Shown here piece by piece: positions 1 through 10,968 of a stretch of DNA of 64,000 bases. The stretch's first letter is position 1. Each line of letters opens with the position of its first letter. The notes under the pieces are model-generated. The model was not told the DNA's origin. It worked only from the letters and a program-made list of their open reading frames with translations, and did no database searches. Source of the stretch: Octopus vulgaris (Eukaryota); the NCBI GenBank assembly GCA_951406725.2, contig OX597826.1:12090001-12154000 (forward strand). Direction: 5' to 3'. The position numbers and the translations under genes were made by a program.

Positions 1-1
1 A

Positions 2-268
2 TTCACTAAAACTCGCCAATTATTACAAGATGCTTATATGTTGGCACGGAATAACTTCAAAAATATTTATCAACGAATGAAGGAAAACACTTCAAATCTG
101 TCAAGAGACAGCTATCAGAAATATTACAATTATTACAACAGCTATAGCAGAAAAATTAACAAAGTATCGGGATATTTTTCGAATATGTATAAAAATTATA
201 CAAATAATTTGCAGAAATATTGGGAGAAATTTAATAAATATGGCAACGTTAATAACAAACGCCGTTGA
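2..268 (+). CDS. possible terminal coding exon of a gene entering from the left edge (Tyr/Asn/Lys-rich, possibly amphipathic helical)
   Basis: Frame open from base 2 (FTKTRQLLQDAYMLARNNF...NNKRR*) through non-repetitive sequence despite high AT; no family recognised. Confidence 0.35.
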   Translation, partial: FTKTRQLLQDAYMLARNNFKNIYQRMKENTSNLSRDSYQKYYNYYNSYSRKINKVSGYFSNMYKNYTNNLQKYWEKFNKYGNVNNKRR

Positions 269-338
269 TGACAATGTTTCTCTCTCACCATCACTTCAAC
301 ATTCTTTCTTGGTTTCTGTCTGTCTTTCTGTGTCTATA

Positions 339-422
<84 letters not shown>

Positions 423-1004
423 TGTGTGTGTGTATGTATAAAACAAGAAGACAAAAACATAAATGCTCTAAGAATCCTATTCTGAATAAAAAGAGAATGT
501 GTACACCTTCATGATAATATGCTATCGGTTTCAATTGTCAAAGAAAATCTAGTCATGAAATAAGAAAAAGGAAAAATAATTTGAAGTAAATTAAATTAAT
601 CTGTGATGAATGCAATTTTCAAAGTCCATTTGTTTATCATAGAAAAAGCACATGGCTATAGTTGTTTGTTTCCCACCGGTGGTTGCTTCCTCAACATATT
701 AATAGTAACAGTTTAGCAGTCACATATTATTACTCTTTGTAGCAGAACTGGTCACTGTTCCTTATTGACAATGCTGATATTAAAGAGCGGTTCGTAATGC
801 TATGGTGGTAATTTCAGAAGTAGCAGCAACAACGGAACAGGTGGTGGTAGTTGTGGCAGTAAGTGCTTCAATAATATAAATATTTTTAACAGCATACACA
901 CGCACACACACACACACACATACACACACACGCGCACACACATACACACACACACACACACGTATATGGAGATAAGAAGTTTATTCTAAATCAGGAACGT
1001 ATAC

Positions 1005-1367
1005 AGGGGAAATTGTTTTGGGGTTTGAAAATGCTCCTGTATCTCAAAACCTATAGTATTGTCCAAATTTTATAATAGATTTATATGAATTTTCAGCGAG
1101 CATATGACCATATATTACTGTCTATCTCCGTGAAACTCATAGGAATTTCTATGAATATTTGATCGTTGAAACATTTTTTCCGAATTTTCCCTTGAAACGT
1201 TAAACTCTCCTAAACCCTTTTCTCATTTAATTTTTTTTTTATATTTACCATTGATAAACAAAAGAATTGTCGAAACCGGTTTGATATTTGAATAAATTCT
1301 ATTACAAAATTAAAAAACGACTACACGTTTTGATATTCAGGTGCATTTTCAAACGCCAGAAGGAAAT

Positions 1368-1372
<5 letters not shown>
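1005..1372. mobile_element. old fold-back PLE-like element with HHR-like motif
   Basis: Diverged inverted arms ~1005-1095/~1280-1372 (GTTTGAAAATGCTCCTGTATCTCAAAAC vs rc GTTTGAAAATGCACCTGAATATCAAAAC); abuts (TA)n. Confidence 0.55.
1246..1286 (+). ncRNA. minimal hammerhead-like motif, U3-A8 variant
   Basis: TACCA-TTGATAA-ACA/AAAGAAT/TGT-C-GAAA-CCGG-TT-TGATA. Confidence 0.5.
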
Positions 1373-1400
<28 letters not shown>

Positions 1401-1402
<2 letters not shown>

Positions 1403-1517
1403 CAATAATAAAAGGGTAAAATTAATTAATTAATAATTAATTTTACAAGGTAGTGTTCAGTATGTAAAAATACCATTTACGGTATATTTAAAACATTACG
1501 TTATATAATTATATAAC

Positions 1518-1520
<3 letters not shown>
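1401..1520. repeat. short dispersed repeat inside (TA)n; second copy at ~23992-24138
   Basis: Shared TAAAATTAATTAATT...ACCATTTACGGTATATTTAAAACATTA in both TA-flanked copies. Confidence 0.7.
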
Positions 1521-1569
<49 letters not shown>

Positions 1570-2448
1570 GATAATCATTATTAGGTAATACATCGACTCA
1601 TCAGAGAGAAAGAGGGGGAATTTCCGTGTAGTCAATCGAATGCTATTTATAAATATGTGAAAAAGATGTTGTTTAAAAGTTACTGGCGTAGATATGCGTC
1701 GGTACAATCTTGTGCCAAAAATTTTGAAGAAAGATATACGTCTGTGGTAAAATTCTCAGCGGTAATCCATTATGGCTGTGCGTAATATAAATCCCATAAT
1801 TCAGTTCTCTTCAATGTCTAATTCATAAATGCAGAAAATAAAGGAATTTAAATTTTAGCCTTTTATATTTGTATATATAAAACTGGAAGATGTCGTTATA
1901 TTTTATACAAACGTAAAAATAGCCGTTTACTACCCCAATATAGAGCAAATTAATACATCCACTCTATGCAGGTCTCTGAGGATTTTTGGGAGGATATTAA
2001 AGATTTGTGAGCCCTTGAAATCCGGTTGTTGTTGTAACTAGTCTTGTATCTTGATGGCAATGTTGGGAATTTTGGCACTATGCAGTGTCGCTCCGTTCTG
2101 CACTTTCTGTAACTTTCTTTGTTAATACTTATTACAAGTCCTCCTAGCATTCTCCAGATGTGCACATATTTCCCACCATCGTTCTAGAGAGTTGTGTCTT
2201 AACTGTTTTTCCACCTTTTCCAGTAGCTGACACGTCACAATGAGACGATCTACTTTGTGTAACTTCGCTGGATTATTTCAATATGTTTAAGCCTGCTAAA
2301 TATTCTACCGCTTGCATTTGCCGAACCGCTAGGTCACGGGGATTCAAAGACACTGACACCGTTTGTCAAGCAGTAGTGATGGGTAAACACAGCAGAAAGA
2401 TACACACACAAATACATAGCTATACACTCACACAAATAGCTAGCTCCC

Positions 2449-2498
<50 letters not shown>

Positions 2499-2500
<2 letters not shown>

Positions 2501-2767
2501 CAACAATCAAGGAACGGCCATAATAGGCCATTCACCCACTAGAAATAACAGCCAATGTTTTTTAAATTTTCTCCTGGTTTACAGAATTAACTTTTATTTG
2601 CGGTTGAAGCTTTGGCTGTTATTTCTAGTGGGTGAATGGCCTATTATGGCCGTTCCTTGATTGTTGTTGTTGAACTTAAAAATGGTCTATGACTATTTAA
2701 TTTTTTCCTACTAGGCCGCTGGTGGCAAAAGAATTCTACAAAATTTTTTTTTGCCACCCTATATTGA

Positions 2768-2775
<8 letters not shown>
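2499..2775. mobile_element. fold-back element in (TA)n, no HHR seen
   Basis: Arms ~2499-2556/~2612-2669 are reverse complements; ~100 bp one-sided tail; TA tracts on both sides. Confidence 0.75.
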
Positions 2776-2821
<46 letters not shown>

Positions 2822-2846
2822 GCATATATATATATATATATATATA

Positions 2847-2882
<36 letters not shown>

Positions 2883-3016
2883 ATAAAAGGGCTTAGTAAA
2901 ATAAATTACTTTGCCACATACTGAACTCATTAGAAATAGCAGCCAAAAAAAGATTTTTTAGCCATTTCTAATACTTAAAGAAAATTTCTCTCAGATAGTG
3001 TTTACTCAAAATGCTC

Positions 3017-3071
<55 letters not shown>

Positions 3072-3074
<3 letters not shown>

Positions 3075-3331
3075 ATAAGTAAGGAAAAATTTTTTTAAAA
3101 ATGCAGAATGCTCAAATGAAAGAAAATTTTAATAAAATGAGAAAATGATAAAATATATAAATATATATATTTATTCAACCGGTTTTCGTCAATGTATGAC
3201 TTGTCAAGAATATTTATGTTTTAAGAAGTTTTTTTAAAAATTAGAAAGGAGCATTCTGCATTTTTAAAAAAAATTTTCCTTACTTATCATTTCTCCACGT
3301 GCGGTCAACACAACCCCACCATTTATTGACC
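3072..3331. mobile_element. fold-back PLE-like element in (TA)n
   Basis: Arms 3072-3113/3249-3290, tail 3291-3331, HHR-like motif in spacer. Confidence 0.75.
3172..3212 (-). ncRNA. minimal hammerhead-like motif, U3-A8 variant
   Basis: Minus strand TATTC-TTGACAA-GTCA/TACAT/TGAC-GAAAA-CCGG-TT-GAATA (one extra A). Confidence 0.6.
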
Positions 3332-3367
3332 TATATATATACATATATATATATGTATATATATATA

Positions 3368-3434
<67 letters not shown>

Positions 3435-3443
<9 letters not shown>

Positions 3444-3722
3444 AGAGATAGCAGTCTCCATCATCACACCATATAAAAGAATTTTATTTTAATACTTACT
3501 ACTCATTTCTAAATTTCTCTGCTACACGTGTTTATCGAGGTTCTTTTACCGTTCCTTAAGCACGCAGTGTTTTACAGTAAGTATTAAAATACAATTCTTT
3601 TGTATGGTGTGATGATGGGGACTGCTATCTCTAAATAACATATATTTCCTCATTGTGAATAATTCCTTTTATTTGAATTCCTGTGATGCCGGAATTTTTA
3701 TTCCCTAATAAATAAAATAAAA
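3435..3722. mobile_element. fold-back PLE-like element between (TG)n and (TA)n
   Basis: Arms ~3435-3500/3576-3640, tail to ~3722; very degenerate HHR trace on minus at 3520-3562 (palindromic ACACGTGT). Confidence 0.7.
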
Positions 3723-3735
3723 TTATATATTATAC

Positions 3736-3825
<90 letters not shown>

Positions 3826-3826
<1 letters not shown>

Positions 3827-4103
3827 GGAGATGTACTTGCATAGCAAGTGATTTGATCTGAGATCGTGTGCTGGAACGAAAATAATTGCAGCGTGGAAGG
3901 TGTTTGTAAGCCATTTAAGAAACACACAAAAGCCGTTCGATTCACTTCAACATTTAAGTTTAATTTGTCGATTTTTGTCAGTGAACAGGTCGCGGATTTT
4001 AGCGACGAAAATATTTTAACAAATTAAACTTAAATGTTGAAGTGAATCGAACGTCTTTTGTGTGTTTCTTAAATGGCTTACAAACACATTCCACGCTACA
4101 ATT

Positions 4104-4106
<3 letters not shown>
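3826..4106. mobile_element. fold-back PLE-like element in (TA)n
   Basis: Tail 3826-3880, arms 3881-3969/4018-4106, HHR in spacer. Confidence 0.8.
3974..4023 (+). ncRNA. minimal hammerhead motif, G3-C8 variant
   Basis: TTTGTCA-GTGAACA-G-GTCGC/GGATTTTA/GCGAC-GAAA-ATAT-TT-TAACAAA. Confidence 0.65.
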
Positions 4107-4160
<54 letters not shown>

Positions 4161-4162
<2 letters not shown>

Positions 4163-4300
4163 CCTCTTTCAGCTTCCGTCTACAAACTTCACTCACAAGC
4201 CCGAGAAAACACTTGGCCAAGGTGCTGCCACGCAATGAGACTCAAGCCGAAACTATGTGGTTGAGAAGGAAGCTCCTTGCCTTCCAGTCACGCCTGCGTC
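4161..4300 (-). mobile_element. SINE family A, diverged 5' fragment
   Basis: Similar to the head of full copies such as 19855-20263. Confidence 0.6.
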
Positions 4301-4312
4301 AATATATGTACG

Positions 4313-4344
<32 letters not shown>

Positions 4345-4898
4345 TCCATATAAAATATGTGCTTGTGTGTGTTAGAGGTGATACTTAGAAATTAAAACGA
4401 GCATTTAGTGATGTAAAGAATCGTAAATAGTTGTAAGATTGATATAAATTTCAATATGGAGATTTACTGCGAGTTGAAATTTCTCTTCAGGGGACTTATT
4501 GAAACAGACTAATTATACAGGAAAATGTTCAATATATAGTATTGCGTACGCAAGGTGGGGGAAAATTATTTATGTGCGAAGAGTGTTCTAAGTTTGGCCT
4601 GCTGTCAAATTGTAGTCGTAAATTTAATTCTTAGTTCTGGAGTTGAAAAAGGTCTTTAAATAAATGTGGCAAAGCAAATAAAATCTTTCTATAAATAGTG
4701 GATAATTAGTAAGTAATTCGGATTGTAATGAAAAGCCTAAAAGTTCTTTAAAGTCTAAACATTATGGTCATCCAGAGTTGAAAGTTCGTAATGGTTAGCT
4801 ATGGAAAAAGTGCTTCCAAAGAGTGCATCTGTTTCTGCATGTACTTCATATACATTCATATGTATGCATGTATGTATATATGTAAATATGTATGTATG

Positions 4899-4982
<84 letters not shown>

Positions 4983-4990
4983 TACATATA

Positions 4991-6220
4991 CAAGTGTTGG
5001 ACACAATAAAGGAAACACCTTAACATTTCAAGCAAATTTATTTTAATTTTGGACAGGACCACCTTTGGTAGTAATTACAGCTTGAATTCTATGGACTCGT
5101 ACAAAGTTTGAATTGTTTCAAAAGCAACTTTTGTCCATTCTTCAACTAAAACAGTCTCCTGTTCTTGTAGTGATGATGGTGGGGGATATCGACTCCTTAC
5201 TTGTTTTTCTAAAATGCACCATAAATGTCCAATAATGTTCAGATCTGTGGACTGTGGTGGCCAGATAAGATGTTCAACTTCCCTAGAATGTCCCCCGTGC
5301 CATTCACTAACAACTTTAGCTGTGTGAACTGGTGCATTATCATCCTGAAAGATTGTGTTTACCTCCTTTAACAGTCACGCAACTATTGGATGAATTTGTT
5401 CAGATAAAATGCTTAAATAGTCATGACTATTAATTCTCCTATGAAGGGAACCCATTGGACCGGCAGATTTCCAAGATATAATCCCCCAGATAATCACGGA
5501 TCCTCCTCCTTGTTTAACAGTTGGAAGAAAGCAGTGTGGGTCAAATGCTTCTTTTGGCTGTCTCCATATGTATACTCGGCTGGTGATCGGAAATAGGGTA
5601 AAGGATGACTTGTCTGAGAAAATAACATTCTTCCACTGATCTAGGGATCAATTGTGTAGGTTTTTACTCCACTCTAAAGCTTTGTAACGTTTGTTTTTGA
5701 AAGTGGTGGTTTTCTGATTGCAGCCCTCTCGTGAAATCCGGCTTTGTGCAGCTCCCGGCGAACAGTTTTAGTGGAAACTGGGTTCTCAACGTTGTCATTA
5801 AGCCCTGCAGTTATTTTGGGAGCTGTACTTTTGTGATCCCTTCTAACAATTCGCGTAAGAGTCCGACGGTCCCTATCTAAAAGGTTTTTCCCTCTTTCTC
5901 AAAGGCTGTCATTACTTTCGAGACATTACTTCTTGATACACCAAACATTTCGACTGTTTTGGTTACGCTAGCATCTACCATATGATCACCAACAATTTGA
6001 CGACTTTGAAAGTCCGATAGATCTGTCATTTTAATGAATTTTAAGTAACTTTTTCTGACAATATCTGAAATGAAAAACAGCAAATTTTGTAAAACATATT
6101 AAGCAACACTAATAATTAATCAAAGACTATAAAGATAAACAAGGTTTTGACGGTTTTATAGATATTTCAAAATTATGATGCTATGATGCTAGGTGTTTCC
6201 ATTATTTTGTCCAGCCCCTG
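4991..6220 (-). mobile_element. Tc1-family DNA transposon, decayed
   Basis: ~30 bp TIRs CAAGTGTTGGACACAATAAAGGAAACACCT / rc CAGGGGCTGGACAAAATAATGGAAACACCT; TA on left. Confidence 0.9.
5050..6029 (-). pseudogene. Tc1 transposase pseudogene
   Basis: MTDLSDFQ...GVSRSNVSKV HTH; WKNVIFSD; TVKQGGGSVIIWG; IFQDDNAPVH; WPPQSTDLNII; stops and frameshifts. Confidence 0.9.
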
Positions 6221-6259
6221 GACAAATTAGATACATACATAGATAGATACATACATACA

Positions 6260-6337
<78 letters not shown>

Positions 6338-6338
<1 letters not shown>

Positions 6339-6912
6339 GGGGGTGTGATTGTGTATAGAAGAATATATTAATAAAATGAATTCCAACCTTGTCTGATTTT
6401 CACGTTTTATTACAATCTTATAATGATATAAGATAATATAATATAATAAAATAAAATAAAATAATAGAATGTTAAATGTTCATTCTGATTGAATTAGTAT
6501 TTTCATGCATTAAATTCTGCAATCTTCAGGTTGATGTAGTTGTGGCGACAGTCATGATGATTGGTCTAGGCAATCAGCTCAACCAACCAATCAGCTTAAG
6601 TAATTGAGTGATACTACACACTGATTGATCAGAATACAGTTTGCAAACCCTAGCAATCTGGAGCCTTCACAGCTGTATTTAAGGCACAGATTCAATCATC
6701 TCGCTACAGTCAAAAATTGTGAAGCATGACTGTCACCACTACTACATGAACCTGAAGATTGCAGAATTTAATGCAGGAAAGTACTTGTTCAATCAGAATG
6801 AACATTTAACATTCTGTTATTTTATTTTATTATATTATATTATCTTATATCATTATAATATTGTAAATAAAACGTGAAAATCAGACAAGGTTGGAATTCC
6901 TTTTATTAATAT
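6338..6912. mobile_element. fold-back PLE-like element in (TA)n, HHR in each arm
   Basis: Tail 6338-6365, arms ~6366-6556/6726-6912. Confidence 0.85.
6747..6791 (+). ncRNA. minimal type-I hammerhead ribozyme, canonical core
   Basis: TGAAC-CTGAAGA-TTGCA/GAATTTAA/TGCAG-GAAA-GTAC-TT-GTTCA; mutated mirror copy on minus at ~6490-6535. Confidence 0.8.
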
Positions 6913-6925
6913 ATATATATATATA

Positions 6926-7336
6926 CAGGATTGGCTGTGTGGTAAGTAGCTTGCTAACCAACCACATGGGTCTGGGTTCAGTCCCACTGCGTGGCATCTT
7001 GGGAAAGTGTCTTCTGCTATAGCCCCGGGCCGACCAATGCCTTGTGAGTGGATTTGGTAGACGGAAACTGAAAGAAGCCTGTCGTATATATGTATATATA
7101 TATATGTATGTGTGTGTGTGTTTATGTGTCTGTGTTTGTTCCCCTAGCATTGCTTGACAACCGATGTTGGTGTGTTTACGTCCCCGTCACTTAGCGGTTC
7201 GGCAAAAGAGACCGATAGAATAAGTACTGGGCTTACAAAGAATAAGTTCCGGGGTCGATTTGCTCGACTAAAGGTGGTGCTCCAGCATGGCCGCAGTCAA
7301 ATGACTGAAACAAGTAAAAAAGTAAAGAGTAAAGAG
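6926..7336 (+). mobile_element. SINE family A
   Basis: tRNA-like head (TGGCTGTGTGGTAAG...GGGTTCAGTCCC), internal TA/TG tract, GAGTAAAA-type tail. Confidence 0.9.
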
Positions 7337-7546
7337 TATACATATATATATATATATGTATATATATACATATATATGTATGTATATATATATATGTATG
7401 TTATATATATATACATATATATATATATCTATATATGCATACATATATAAATATATACACACACACAAACATATATATATATATACATATGTGTGTGAGT
7501 GCATATATATATATATAATGTATAATATACAATACAATACAATATA

Positions 7547-7602
<56 letters not shown>

Positions 7603-8242
7603 TATATATGTATACGATAAATATATTGGCATTTCGAACGCATGTAGTTTCAAGTGGCGATATAACGCATAAGTGCGCAGTAACCTACTTTCCTCGGAGA
7701 TCTTAAAGGAAAAACATTGTTTCAAATTTATGCCTGTATATATACTCGTACGCTTAAGTAAAACCACAGAAGAAGAACAGAAAAGAGAAAGAAAAAGAGA
7801 TAATAATTCGCTAAGAGATAAGAAAAGAATATATACATTATATTAGTACAAGCGCCCGAGGAGATTGAGAAGTAAATGACATGATAATAATATTGAAAAT
7901 ATACACACCAAGCTTCAAATATTTTAAGGGAAAAGAATGAGTAATGATAATGCTAAAGGCAAGACAATTAATTTTTCAGGTATGTTCTGTGGTCTCGTCT
8001 CTCTTAAGACAAAGATCTTTAAAAATTTTGGTGTTATTGTCTCGATAGTTACTTCTTAAAATATACGATTATACTTATGCTTTATTAAGCTAAATTACTT
8101 ATGACACGAATTTTCCTCATCGTGTACATTCTTAATGACGAACCGATTCTCCGCTTAAAACTTTCAGGTAAAACTTGGAACGCCTAATTACTAGCAAATA
8201 AATGCTGTTATTTACTTGAACGGTAATATTCTCCCTTCTCTT

Positions 8243-8477
8243 AAGGCGGCGAGCTGGCAGAAACGTTAGCACACCGGGCGAAATGCGAAGCGGTTTTTCG
8301 TCTGCCGTTACGTTCTGAGTTCAAATTCCGCCGAGGTCGACTTTGCCTTTCATCCTTTCGGAGTCGATTAAATAAGTAACAGTTACGCACTGGGGGTCGA
8401 TATAATCGACTCAATCCGTGTGTCTGTCCTTGTTTGTCCCCTCTGTGTTTAGCCCTTTGTGGGTAGTAAAGAAATAG
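8243..8477 (+). mobile_element. SINE family B with ~21 bp TSD
   Basis: AAGGCGGCGAGCTGGCAGAA head; TSD GGTAATATTCTYCCTTCTCTT at 8222/8477. Confidence 0.9.
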
Positions 8478-8607
8478 GTAATATTCTTCCTTCTCTTCGT
8501 GGACGCAACTGCTATAAATGTTGTTTTGAATACTGCCGAATACTCTGTCTTGCGAATGAGATTACCACTTGTGTGTTACAGAACATACGCATTATTTCTA
8601 TTTACAA

Positions 8608-9124
8608 CTAGCAGTATCGCCCGGCGTTGCTCGGGTTTGTAAGGGAAATAACTATATAAGCATTTTTAGAGAGTTACTTCCCTTATAGATGCCAATTCGG
8701 GCTTTCTTAGCCATTTCTGTTTTGGTGTCTTCAAGCCTTGAAGTCGTTGTTCTAAAAGAACGCTGGTCTCCTTGACAACGCTTTACGACGTTGATTTCCT
8801 TACACTGCCTTCCCCACAGCTTCACGAGGGAGGGAAGAAGGGGGAGAAGCAAACACAGGTGCAGGTGTTTGAGCGTGGACGCCAACTCCGCCGCCATCGA
8901 CACACGAAAAATTTTGCATTAAAATGGAATAAAAAATGATGTTAAATTATTTTTAAAATCGTAGACTCATCGTACACGCGCGCTAATAGCCAGACGGGCT
9001 CGAAATGAATCACGACTATAAGATACCCAAATTTGGTTAAACTGCACCGCAAAATGTGGGAGTAGTTAGGAATCTAAATCGAAGGGGACAGACACTCACA
9101 CAACTACAGTTTTATATATATAGA
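8608..9124 (-). mobile_element. non-autonomous Helitron
   Basis: Minus strand starts TC(TATATATAT), ends CTAG, GC hairpin CCCGGCGTTGCTCGGG at 8620-8635, inserted between A and T. Confidence 0.8.
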
Positions 9125-9369
9125 TAACTGCTGTATGTATAAGACATAAGTTCATTTTCGCTTAAACAAACCCTCTTCAACTGTACAGAGCTATTTTCCA
9201 CAACCATTGTCTGAATTGTGTTCGAGGAACAATTAATACTGTTGAAATATATTGACCAAACCTAAATCTATTTCTTTTTTATTATTGAAGACGTCGCACA
9301 GCATTCAATATTGTGATTTTATAAATTGAAGACATTGTGTGCTCCGGGTGTTTGTACTGTCTGTCAAGT

Positions 9370-9680
9370 CATAACAAGGACCTGAGACAGACGGTACTTT
9401 ACGCAGTGTGCATGCAATTCCAAGCAAAGCCGATTTTTGCAATATTCCGAGATTGTAGGGGTATTGCAAAGATTCCAGATGTTTCTTCAGGATTGGGTGG
9501 TATTGAACCCGATGCACCGATGACAACAGGGATAACTGTTATGCTTGACTATCACAGCTGCCACATCTTGGCGATCTCATTTCTCAGGTCTCCATAAATT
9601 ATCAGCCTCCTCTCTTCCTTTCATGATACGTCGATCGCCTGCAACTGCTATGTCAATTATTTGGCACTCTTGTTTGTCCC

Positions 9681-9682
<2 letters not shown>
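9370..9682 (-). mobile_element. 3' fragment of RLE-type (R4/Dong-like) non-LTR retrotransposon
   Basis: Minus translation DKQECQIIDIAVAGD...VIPVVIGASG...ILQKSALLGIACTLRKV. Confidence 0.75.
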
Positions 9683-9728
<46 letters not shown>

Positions 9729-9736
9729 CACTATCA

Positions 9737-9771
<35 letters not shown>

Positions 9772-9919
9772 TATCATTATTATTATAATCATTATTATCA
9801 TTATTATCACTATCATCATTATTATTATTATTATTAGTATTATTACTATTATTACTATTATTATTGTTGTTGTTGTTGTTGTTATTATTATTATTATTAT
9901 TATAACCATTATTATCATT

Positions 9920-9954
<35 letters not shown>

Positions 9955-10125
9955 TGTTGTTGTTGTTATTATTACTATTATTATTATTATCATCATTATT
10001 ATCATTATTATTATTATTATAACCATTATTATCATTATTATCATTATCATCCTCATTATTATTATTATTATCATCATCATCATCATCATTATTATTAATG
10101 TTGTTGCTGTTGTTATTGTTATTGT
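9683..10125. repeat. long (ATT/ATC/GTT)n array
   Basis: Direct reading. Confidence 0.95.
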
Positions 10126-10556
10126 ATTTATATATGCTTTTATTTACAGATATATGCAGTTGTTTATACATTTAGTCATTTTTTTTCAGTAATAACGGTC
10201 ATCCATTTTAAGCCATGCATTATGGATGTATCTCCCTCTTGTGTACACTTATTATTCAACCGTATATGTGTATTATTTATATATCTATTTTTATTGGTTA
10301 ATTCTATTTCTACTTCATTGAATCAGTTATAGATTATCTCTCTCACATAATCTCACTCATAACATTACCCCTTGGGTATCCACTTCGCTTATTAGATTTT
10401 AATCTGTAAATCAGCCTACACATAGAAAGATAGGCTTGTAAGCAACCTTGTCGAATTTTTAGCGCACACTTAGTGCAATTATAGTTGCATTATCTTTCGC
10501 TAATAATATTATTAACATTTCAGTTCCATTATCATCATCGGCATCAGCAGCAGCAA

Positions 10557-10937
10557 GTGGAGGCGCAATGGCCCAGTGGTTATGGCAGCGGACTCGCGGT
10601 CGGAGGATTGCGGTTTCGATTCCCAGATCGGGCGTTGTGTGTGTTTACTGAGCGAAAACACCTGAAGCTCCACGAGGCTCCGGCACGGAGTGGTGGCGAC
10701 CCCTGTTGTACTCTTTCGCTCCAACTTTCTCTCACTCTTTCTTCCTGTTTCTTGTCCCCGACTTCCTACGCAACCGCTGAGCCTGGATACGCATTCATCC
10801 ATCCGTCGATGCTCTCGGTGTCGGAGGTTGACCTGCCTTCTCTTCTGCGGGTCTTACAAATAGCAAAGGAACACGTTTCAGACTTCTCCCAAGGGACGAA
10901 GACCGCTTTGCTCAGCAAACAAACAAACAAACAAACA
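10557..10937 (+). mobile_element. SINE family C, (AAAC)n tail type
   Basis: GTGGAGGCGCAATGGCCCAGTGGTT...GGTTTCGATTCCC head. Confidence 0.85.
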
Positions 10938-10968
10938 AGCAGCAGCAGCAACAGCAACAGCAGGTTTA

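Noticed and set aside
1563-2450. Possible PLE coding remnant on minus (LYIGV, SAKIPNI)
   Set aside because: Motifs too short and frames too broken to support by eye
9545-10192. Poly-I/L/N ORFs
   Set aside because: (ATT)n array; only the short RLE fragment beside it is coding-derived
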